IMG/VR virus record: IMGVR_UViG_3300029955_000001
Direction: 5' to 3' (one strand)
DNA length: 64,000 nucleotides
From: a virus
Lineage: Duplodnaviria; Caudoviricetes
Numbering within the stretch: position 1 is the stretch's first letter; the number at the start of each line of letters is the position of its first letter. Of the stretch, positions 1 to 7,547 are shown one piece after another. The notes under the pieces were generated by a model. It saw only the letters and a list, made by a program, of their open reading frames with translations, did no database searches and was not told the origin of the DNA. A program made the position numbers and the translations under genes.

Positions 1-464
1 GCGTCCCATTCGATATCGCTTCGAAGGTGACGAAGTTTAGAATCCATCGACGACTTGATTTCTCGAGTAGCGTCTCTGACAGCGTTGTTCACTTCTGCCT
101 TCATCGCATTGATGATCTCAGCCTTCATTTCCTCGACTGCCGCACGTTCGTTGAAACGAGTAGCGTATTCTGGATCAGCCGCCATACGTGCAATATGTAA
201 ATCATGCTCTTGTTTACGCGCTTCCCTAGCTGCTTTGCAATCTTCTGCATTCTTACGATTACGCAAGATGATAATCTTTGCGGCATCAGATACAAACGCA
301 ATGTCCTTCAGACCGATTTCAACAGTATATACTTCAGTATTTAGCGCATCTTCGGCAGCACGTATTTCCTCACCTCTCTTGCGTTCTTGTATTTTACTGT
401 AGACACCAGCACTTACTAATGCTGTAAGTCCGGTTACCAGCAAACCAGCAATGATCTTGTTCAT
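1..464 (-). CDS. Hypothetical protein with N-terminal membrane anchor and coiled-coil body; partial, runs off the left edge
   Basis: Hand-translated from ATG 464 (GGAG RBS upstream): MNKIIAGLLVTGLTALVSAGVYSKIQERKRGEE..., open to position 1. Missed by the ORF track because it has no stop; the + strand 55..402 ORF is its antisense shadow. Confidence 0.75.
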   Translation of the reverse strand, partial: MNKIIAGLLVTGLTALVSAGVYSKIQERKRGEEIRAAEDALNTEVYTVEIGLKDIAFVSDAAKIIILRNRKNAEDCKAAREARKQEHDLHIARMAADPEYATRFNERAAVEEMKAEIINAMKAEVNNAVRDATREIKSSMDSKLRHLRSDIEWD

Positions 465-499
465 TTTTTTATTCTCCAGTATTGAAATAGATTTAAATC

Positions 500-619
500 T
501 TACTGACGCCAGTATGCAGCGTCACCTTGTTGTTTGTTTGCGATTGTCCTGTTTATATACTCGATTGCGTAATGCGCAGCAATCGCTGACACAACACAGA
601 TTACAATACTCTTAATCAT
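500..619 (-). CDS. Small (39 aa) putative membrane protein
   Basis: AAGGAG RBS, ATG 619, MIKSIVICVVSAIAAHYAIEYINRTIANKQQGDAAYWRQ*; below the ORF-track cutoff. Confidence 0.6.
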   Translation of the reverse strand: MIKSIVICVVSAIAAHYAIEYINRTIANKQQGDAAYWRQ

Positions 620-634
620 GACTGACTCCTTAGC

Positions 635-763
635 TTAGAAACGATGACAGGATTCGTGGATTGTGAAAAGCAGATTACCGATGGATGAACCGATAATCAT
701 TCCACCGATAACATTGAACATGAGTTCGTATTCAGTAATGACATTTTTCAATTTCGTAAACAT
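635..763 (-). CDS. Small (42 aa) putative membrane protein
   Basis: AAGGGG RBS, ATG 763, MFTKLKNVITEYELMFNVIGGMIIGSSIGNLLFTIHESCHRF*; lies downstream of the promoter-like motif at 810-836. Confidence 0.6.
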   Translation of the reverse strand: MFTKLKNVITEYELMFNVIGGMIIGSSIGNLLFTIHESCHRF

Positions 764-809
764 AATTTAACCCCTTAGGCAAGATACTTCTTTACTATCT
801 CGCCTAAGG

Positions 810-836
810 TATATATGTCTGAAATATTCTAGGATA
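810..836 (-). promoter_or_regulatory. Putative early (vRNAP-dependent) promoter, copy 1
   Basis: Minus strand TATCCTAGAATATTTCAGACATATATA; 25/27 identical to the copy at 1157-1183; upstream of small accessory ORFs. Confidence 0.55.
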
Positions 837-840
837 CTAA

Positions 841-1023
841 TCAGCTTCTAGCGGCAATGATTGCTTTTGTAACCTTCCATCCAATCGCGTATCCTACAAC
901 AGCAGATACAGATAAAATACAAAGAAAGACTGGTATACTCATACCTTTCTTTTCTTCATATTCTTTTACTTCTGCGTCAGCTTGTTCCGGTGTTATGTGT
1001 ACGTTTTTCATGACATTCTCCAT
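841..1023 (-). CDS. Small (60 aa) protein with C-terminal transmembrane helix
   Basis: ORF track; hydrophobic IPVFLCILSVSAVVGYAIGW segment. Confidence 0.65.
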   Translation of the reverse strand: MENVMKNVHITPEQADAEVKEYEEKKGMSIPVFLCILSVSAVVGYAIGWKVTKAIIAARS

Positions 1024-1156
1024 TGATTAAAAAAGTGTTTTGAGTAACGATATTTCTATCAAGACTCGCAACTACTACGTATGTTTGAAAAAATCTAGAA
1101 TCTATTTAATTTAAAATCAATAACGAATAATGAATTCCACTCAATCTCACCAAGAT

Positions 1157-1183
1157 TATATATGTCTAAGATATTCTAGGATA
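1157..1183 (-). promoter_or_regulatory. Putative early promoter, copy 2
   Basis: Minus strand TATCCTAGAATATCTTAGACATATATA, near-identical to 810-836. Confidence 0.55.
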
Positions 1184-1193
1184 GTGTTTTTAA

Positions 1194-1228
1194 CGGCATA
1201 AATGCCAAGCTATTCACTTGGCTATTTT
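1194..1228 (-). terminator. Hairpin terminator with TATGCCG tail
   Basis: GCCAAG-N7-CTTGGC stem at 1204-1222; CGGCATA at 1194-1200. Confidence 0.55.
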
Positions 1229-1553
1229 TATAATGTTGTCATTTTTACAACCTGCAATTAATATACTTAAGTATACTATTGGGGCTCCGCCCCCAAAATC
1301 CACTAAGGGAAGACTGCCCAACAGGCTTACCGCTTATGATCATTTTATATAATTGCAGGTTTTAGTTTCTGCAAATAATAGATTATGACAGTAAAAAATT
1401 ACTTTAATTGTATTTTTGATAATTAATATTTCAATTATTGATTTTTATTTTAAGAAAGTAATTTTGATTATATTTATTATAATCAATACAAAAATCTATT
1501 GGAGCCTTTAAAGTTTACTCATTGGGCCGTGTTGTCAAAATGACAACATTATA
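1229..1553. ncRNA. Candidate structured non-coding element (ncRNA or origin/cis site)
   Basis: Perfect 17-bp inverted repeat 1229-1245/1537-1553 enclosing further inverted repeats (1249-1260/1350-1361, 1377-1384/1493-1500, 1397-1405/1454-1462), a 14-bp palindrome 1262-1275 and a GGGG/CCCC hairpin; no ORF of 60 aa or more in the track. Confidence 0.4.
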
Positions 1554-1616
1554 TTTAGTTATTAAATTAGCGTTATTATTGTGAACGTTCTTACATTTAA
1601 TAAAAAGGAATTCGCT

Positions 1617-2246
1617 ATGAGTTTACTAAGATTGAGATTAGCCGTCGAGGCTTACGATGCCCCTCAAGACACAATCCCTAACGATGGTGTTAACCAAACA
1701 ATCGTAATGAAAGGTCCTTTGTCTGATATATATACAAAGGCACTGAATATTGCCTATGCAAAAAAAGATAAACTTACTGGTGAAGTAGAACCAGTAGAAG
1801 AAACTAATATCGTACAAGATACTAAGGTAGGTGGCGCAATGCCACCTGCTAATAATATTCTTCAAGATCCAGTAGCAATCGAAAATTTAGTTAGTGCGTT
1901 AGAAAGTCAAGCTATTGATGCAGCATTAATGGAAAAACTTTCTCGTACTCTAAACGATGCATCAGACGATGCTCCACCTACAGATTCGTTTCAGACGGTC
2001 TATGGAGTGTCTAGAGACGATTTAAATGAAGAGGACCTAGTTTCTATAGCAAAAGACGTATCGACTCAACCTGAGTCCACTAGCGAATATATCGTCGTGA
2101 TTGATCGTACAGGATGTAGTAGCGATGACCCAGAACAAGTAATGAAATTATCTAGCGCAATTGAAAGTTTAATCGATGCGTTTGGTGGTAAGGTATTTAG
2201 TAGCTTAGAAGATTACGTACATTACCAAGCTACGCTATTGGGTTAA
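1617..2246 (+). CDS. Acidic putative head protein, likely processed by the prohead protease
   Basis: ORF track 1581..2246; ATG 1617 preferred (AAGGA RBS). Contains LAVE and SALE motifs matching the phiKZ gp175-type S/A/G-X-E cleavage consensus. Confidence 0.6.
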   Translation: MSLLRLRLAVEAYDAPQDTIPNDGVNQTIVMKGPLSDIYTKALNIAYAKKDKLTGEVEPVEETNIVQDTKVGGAMPPANNILQDPVAIENLVSALESQAIDAALMEKLSRTLNDASDDAPPTDSFQTVYGVSRDDLNEEDLVSIAKDVSTQPESTSEYIVVIDRTGCSSDDPEQVMKLSSAIESLIDAFGGKVFSSLEDYVHYQATLLG

Positions 2247-2294
2247 TTTTCACTATATTAATCACGCGTACGTAAACTAACAGAGCGGTCGATA

Positions 2295-3542
2295 ATGGAA
2301 ACTATAAAAAGCATATTTGATGAGGAATGTGTTAAACTTGTCATCGATAAACATTTACTAAAAAAGATTAGTCAGTATCAACTTTTCTTTGTAAATAAAA
2401 ATGAGGACCATATTAAGTTTTTTGGTGGTAATTTACTAGGTGTGCAAGTAGTTAGGTTCATGCCGCAGGACTATGATCATTGGTTCGATGAAGTGCTTTG
2501 TATTGATTATGGTCCATTAGGTGAGCGTCTAGAAACCCTAGAAGAAATACAACCAGAATTTCGTAAAGTTACAAGTGATACTTTTAATCTATCTTGTATT
2601 TGGTTATGTCATGCTATTTTAAATAGTCATTACTTAACCCCTGAAGAAAAACAAACTGGTATGATTGATACTTTACTAGTTTTGCAATATAAATTCATTA
2701 CAAGTTTACTGTATCATTATTTCAAATACCCAGCAGATAGACAAGTAGCAGAGGCAGCATATGCTCAACTAAGCTATAAGTTTGCCATTAAGGTGTATGG
2801 TAGCTGGGCTGCTGTTTTAAGAAATAGAGCCGAATCAATTTGCTCACAGATAGATCCTATTACAAACAAGCCAAGTATTCACTACGACGCTATTATGCAT
2901 ATGGGAGTAGATAAAGACGTAACTTATGTTTTATCGGATTCACAGGGACGTATTCGTGATATTGTAAAGAACTACTATTTTATTTTTGATATGGTTAAAA
3001 ATAGTAATGGTAGGATTATTAGCACTTCGTCAATAGTGGAATATGATGGTGAAGTATTCCTTCGTGATAAGACTAAGAACTTAACAGCATATGGTCGTTA
3101 TCTTAACTCCATTATTACAGATAAGAATTCTTTTATTCGTAATGAACTAGTAGTTATCATTGAAAAACTAATGCACACAATGTCTCCTAGGTTATTCATG
3201 GAAACACTTGTGTGGATGTCTACAAACTATAGACAAGATGGTGTTGGTGTTATTGAAGAAGTTTTAAATGAAACACTAATTCATAGTTTTGATTATCTTA
3301 ATCAAGAACGTGGTGTTGTGAGAAACACGACCGACATTCCTGGATTATTAGATAAGTTACGTGGTGTTTACATGTCGTCTAGAAGCACTGATCCTATTTT
3401 AATTTCTTTACGTAGTAAAATGGAAACAGTAGTTAAATTAGCTACTGGTAATAAGACAGAGTCAATGATCGCTAGCGTGCGCACTGCTACGATGTTATAC
3501 ATAGTGCTCAGAGCCTTTACAATGAAGCATTATACTGGTTAG
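2295..3542 (+). CDS. Conserved phiKZ-like protein next to terminase (putative virion structural protein)
   Basis: 415-aa ORF convergent with terL; assignment from synteny and recalled similarity only. Confidence 0.55.
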   Translation: METIKSIFDEECVKLVIDKHLLKKISQYQLFFVNKNEDHIKFFGGNLLGVQVVRFMPQDYDHWFDEVLCIDYGPLGERLETLEEIQPEFRKVTSDTFNLSCIWLCHAILNSHYLTPEEKQTGMIDTLLVLQYKFITSLLYHYFKYPADRQVAEAAYAQLSYKFAIKVYGSWAAVLRNRAESICSQIDPITNKPSIHYDAIMHMGVDKDVTYVLSDSQGRIRDIVKNYYFIFDMVKNSNGRIISTSSIVEYDGEVFLRDKTKNLTAYGRYLNSIITDKNSFIRNELVVIIEKLMHTMSPRLFMETLVWMSTNYRQDGVGVIEEVLNETLIHSFDYLNQERGVVRNTTDIPGLLDKLRGVYMSSRSTDPILISLRSKMETVVKLATGNKTESMIASVRTATMLYIVLRAFTMKHYTG

Positions 3543-3546
3543 TATA

Positions 3547-3596
3547 CGGCATAAATAGCATCGGTATAATCCGATGCCATTTATGCTTCTATGCCG
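3547..3596. terminator. Bidirectional hairpin terminator flanked by CGGCATA and TATGCCG
   Basis: GCATCGG-TATAAT-CCGATGC stem 3558-3577 between convergent genes; CGGCATA 3547-3553, TATGCCG 3590-3596. Confidence 0.75.
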
Positions 3597-5816
3597 CTAT
3601 TGCCTTCTAATAATTTCAGCTTCTGATAAAGGTTCACTTGATATACAGCCAGCTGGATTGAAGTAAACATTATCAGGCTGGACACTATTATTTTGTCCGT
3701 ACTGATAACCACGACGCCTCGTGCGTTTCTTCTCTTTCGCTTGCTTAATCAAGTTGTCAAGACTGTAAATCTCACCTACTTCTAGAATCAAACGTCTACT
3801 CAACATGCGTAATTCATGTTCCATTTGCAGAGTAATAAAATCATCGTCTTCTTCAGTAAGTAGGTTATAAAGTTCGTCAATACGTTCTCTAATATATTGT
3901 TGTTCTTCACGTCGTTCTGTTTCTAATGGTGTTTCGATAGGTTTAGGTGCAAAAGAAGTCATGACCTTATCGATACCATAGAACGAAAGATTCTTACCTT
4001 GATGTAATAACCAATTCGCTAATAACCACCCAATTACCATATCGTCATGCTCACCAACTGGATGGTCAATACGCCCGTTCCTAGTGACAAGTCCTTTAAT
4101 CTGGTCTATCAGGTCTTTATCATGAATCTTTTCACAACCACGTTTAGCTGCATTCTGTAACGTAGTAGTATAAAGACCCGTTCGACTAGTAGCCCCAGAT
4201 CCGGATGTTGAAAAACCAAACAAGTTCTTAAGTCTATCATAAATGTCATTTGAGCGCCTGCCAATCGGTACTTGAATTTCTTTCCAATAATCTTTATATT
4301 GAACAGGATCATTCACAACCCAATTAAATAGACGTTTGAAAGGATCAATGCCGTATTGTGGGAGCCAATGAAGTAGGTAATCCAACAATCCAACACCCGT
4401 AGAACGTTTTTCAATAATTGCAGTGATATTAGAATAGGTGACTAAAATAGAACAAACCCACTCTGCAAATTTAATGAGATTTGTTTCATTAAAAGTTCCC
4501 GCTGCAACAACGTCTAACGTATCTGCGTCAATTAAAACTAATGAAATATCATCTCTTCCACTAGCTTCACTTGTATCCATTCCCAAGACAAATCTACCTG
4601 TCTTCATCCGTTCTTCAATTTCATCTTCAGGGATATACCATCGTGTAATATATCCATGAGGTTTACTAATGTCAGTATAAAGATGAGACATGTAGCTATT
4701 AGAGATTTTCTCTAATATAGTTACCGCCAGCGGATGTGTCTGACTACCTGAAGTCCATCGATTAAAATAATCTCGATCAGCTTCTTCGCCAGTCATCGTT
4801 GTTTGCTCTAGTTTTTCCCTGAGCCACTGGTCGGTTTTTCCGAGCTGCTTGTGATCAAAAGTGGCATTAATACGACAGACACCACCATGAGAATTACGAC
4901 GAATAGTTGCATGTAGGTCCTCTATATCTTTACAATCGAAGAACTTTTCTGTCCAGTTGGCAGATTCGCTCAACATTTTATAAATGAAAGCACCGTCAGC
5001 ATCATCTTTTTTACCAGCAGTGGTTGTTAGGATAGTGCCATACGGTGTACCCTGTCGTTTCGCAGCATCAGCAGCAGCTCCCATAGAAGCTAGTGCTGTC
5101 GGCAAAGCTAATCGAATATTTGGATGGTACGGACCTTCATCAATATGGAATATTGGCGAAGTTAAGCCCCGGCCCATTTTCAATGCGCTTTTCTCAGCCA
5201 TTTGTGCAACATGTGTAGTGTAAGTGTTATCTAAAGATTTTACACTAACCTGTTCCATATTGTTTAAATCGTCTCTTGTTCGTTGTTGAAGATAGAGAGG
5301 CAATTCTTCACCAATGCGTTTGAGACGATCAACGTTTGCTCTTCTGAGAGTGTCGTTTAACGTCATTAAGTTAATTGCTGTGTTCTGACATAAAATATTC
5401 AGTAAGTAATTCATTAATGCATCTGTTGACACCGACTTACCAGTTTGACGCGGTTGAATCAATATTAACATTACATGGTTAAAAAATAACCAGAACAATG
5501 CTATATTACCTCTATTAGACTCTAACATATCTGGCTCGTTTTTACCAAGACCAGGTATGCGACAACACTCTCTAAAATAAAACCAAGGATTAATTCGACA
5601 TTCTATTGCTATAGCAGCTATTTCTTCAATTGTTAAGTTAGGATCAAATGGATCAATCCCTTTTAATTTTGGATTTACTAATGCCAAAATAAAGGAGTCA
5701 TTTCTTATTCCCATACTTCGATACAATGAAGCTAACCTAACAAAACTTCGATTAGTAGTTTCTTTATTTATTATAGCAGTAGGAAAATACTTCCAGTCTT
5801 GTTCAAATAGTATCAT
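3597..5816 (-). CDS. terL: Terminase large subunit (phiKZ gp25-like)
   Basis: Walker A QPRQTGKS, Walker B FHIDE, coupling motif TTTAG, RNase H-like nuclease GMDTSE and C-terminal HDDMVI. Confidence 0.93.
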   Translation of the reverse strand: MILFEQDWKYFPTAIINKETTNRSFVRLASLYRSMGIRNDSFILALVNPKLKGIDPFDPNLTIEEIAAIAIECRINPWFYFRECCRIPGLGKNEPDMLESNRGNIALFWLFFNHVMLILIQPRQTGKSVSTDALMNYLLNILCQNTAINLMTLNDTLRRANVDRLKRIGEELPLYLQQRTRDDLNNMEQVSVKSLDNTYTTHVAQMAEKSALKMGRGLTSPIFHIDEGPYHPNIRLALPTALASMGAAADAAKRQGTPYGTILTTTAGKKDDADGAFIYKMLSESANWTEKFFDCKDIEDLHATIRRNSHGGVCRINATFDHKQLGKTDQWLREKLEQTTMTGEEADRDYFNRWTSGSQTHPLAVTILEKISNSYMSHLYTDISKPHGYITRWYIPEDEIEERMKTGRFVLGMDTSEASGRDDISLVLIDADTLDVVAAGTFNETNLIKFAEWVCSILVTYSNITAIIEKRSTGVGLLDYLLHWLPQYGIDPFKRLFNWVVNDPVQYKDYWKEIQVPIGRRSNDIYDRLKNLFGFSTSGSGATSRTGLYTTTLQNAAKRGCEKIHDKDLIDQIKGLVTRNGRIDHPVGEHDDMVIGWLLANWLLHQGKNLSFYGIDKVMTSFAPKPIETPLETERREEQQYIRERIDELYNLLTEEDDDFITLQMEHELRMLSRRLILEVGEIYSLDNLIKQAKEKKRTRRRGYQYGQNNSVQPDNVYFNPAGCISSEPLSEAEIIRRQ

Positions 5817-5828
5817 AATCTAAATAAA

Positions 5829-7538
5829 TCAATTAGTCTGCCATGCTTGCAAACCAGCGATTGCGAGTTGTAAATCATTAGCAGTTGTACGCAAGAAGAA
5901 CTTCACTAGCAGTGTATCGTTATTGACTATCCCGGTTCCAATATGTAGAGGAACATTCCATTGATCAATTGTATACTCAAAATCTAATCCGTTATACGAA
6001 ATAGAAAACATGTTTGGAACAGGAGGTGCTGTTTCTGTAAATGGATCAGTCAGAGGTTCCGTTGCGTAGTATAAACGATTTAACCACTCGGTCAAATTAG
6101 CAGCACCCACATCAATAGCTACAGTTGTTAGTTGCGCACCAACATACGTAGTAACAGCGTGATTACCTACACCGAATGGTGGCGTTTGCCCTGGACTATA
6201 ACCAATCGTCCAGTTAGCTGCAGCGCGCCCAGTGCCAGCAGCTGCTAATGTAACTGTAACTGTTTGCACATTAACGTACGATGTGTAAATAGGATTCACG
6301 CTACTTAAATTGATCGACACTTCAAGATTCTGAGTAATTCCATAACCTGTAGGATTAAATGGCTCAGACGTAGGTGTTATCGTAACGTATGGACTTACGT
6401 TGAAAACAGTGTTGCGTTCTAAGTTATACAAATACCATTCTAGACTGTAACTATTTGTTATGCTATTCCAAACAGGATAGCAAAACAGTTTAACAGTATA
6501 GATGCCATCTTCGTTTATAGTAACGGCTTGGTATGCTTCAGTAACGAAACGCACGTTGTTAATAGATCCAGCAGTAGCTCCGTAGACAATTTCACCCGGT
6601 GACAATGTGTATTTCAGAACCAGTGGTAATTTCTGTCCAACAACAGTAGCCACGTAATCTCTAAAGCCAAATATCGAGAACTTAGTTCCATCTACAGGCA
6701 ACACAAGAGATGACCCGTCGCTATAGTTTACTACACCCATAAGACTCAATCCGTTTAACGGAACGTTCATCGGGTATTGAATTAGATTAGGATCGCTTGT
6801 GGATAAGAACGGACATTGTAGCGCAATACCGCTTATGTATTTCAGCGAACTATCAGTTGTTCTAATGAATGCTGTATTTTCAACAAGCAGTTGACGTTTA
6901 GAAACCACATTACCATTGTCCGAGTAGAAAACAGCAACAACAACTTCACCATCAGCTAGTTGTTGTGTTGTGTAGCATACCGGCACAGTCTTGATAGATA
7001 TATTCTCTAAACCAGCAGCAGCAACAAGTTCCAAAGGAATCGATTGACTAATCAAATTGCCAGATTGATTATACACAGAACTAATAACTGTGCCAGTGTT
7101 GCTCAAATCTGAACCAAGGAATATTTTACACGAGGTAGCCATACTACCAGCTACATGAAGTCTAGCATCCACAGCTAGCACATTAGGGATTACACTGTTG
7201 TCTACATAAAGACGATAGGTATCGCTTTGTGTGCCAGGACCAACTCCTAGTAAAATGTCTGTTGAGTTAAACGCAGCAGACGGTACAGTAGTTATAGCAG
7301 TAAGCGTAGCTACCATTGTCGTTGGATTGATAGCCGTAACTTTATAATAATCATCTGTCGTGGTATCTACTGCGTAATCATTTAGATTTGGGACAAATTT
7401 ACCTAAGCCTACAGAACCTGTATAAATTTCAGTAATGTTCCAAGTCTTCCATGTATTTGCTGGGTTATACACTGGCGCAACGTCGTCTGTCCCGAGAATT
7501 CCGCTGATGCTCAATGGCGTTATGGTTGAGGATGACAT
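5829..7538 (-). CDS. Virion structural protein (phiKZ gp26-like, tail/baseplate)
   Basis: 569 aa; first gene upstream of terL in the conserved terL-gp26-gp27-gp28 / sheath-tube block. Confidence 0.65.
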   Translation of the reverse strand: MSSSTITPLSISGILGTDDVAPVYNPANTWKTWNITEIYTGSVGLGKFVPNLNDYAVDTTTDDYYKVTAINPTTMVATLTAITTVPSAAFNSTDILLGVGPGTQSDTYRLYVDNSVIPNVLAVDARLHVAGSMATSCKIFLGSDLSNTGTVISSVYNQSGNLISQSIPLELVAAAGLENISIKTVPVCYTTQQLADGEVVVAVFYSDNGNVVSKRQLLVENTAFIRTTDSSLKYISGIALQCPFLSTSDPNLIQYPMNVPLNGLSLMGVVNYSDGSSLVLPVDGTKFSIFGFRDYVATVVGQKLPLVLKYTLSPGEIVYGATAGSINNVRFVTEAYQAVTINEDGIYTVKLFCYPVWNSITNSYSLEWYLYNLERNTVFNVSPYVTITPTSEPFNPTGYGITQNLEVSINLSSVNPIYTSYVNVQTVTVTLAAAGTGRAAANWTIGYSPGQTPPFGVGNHAVTTYVGAQLTTVAIDVGAANLTEWLNRLYYATEPLTDPFTETAPPVPNMFSISYNGLDFEYTIDQWNVPLHIGTGIVNNDTLLVKFFLRTTANDLQLAIAGLQAWQTN

Positions 7539-7547
7539 GCATTTTCC

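Noticed and set aside
55-402. 115-aa plus-strand ORF in the track
   Set aside because: Antisense shadow of the RBS-supported minus-strand ORF starting at 464
3597-5816. Intein or intron in terminase, UvsX or RNase H
   Set aside because: Continuous ORFs of expected size, with no intein Cys...HN boundaries or LAGLIDADG motifs seen
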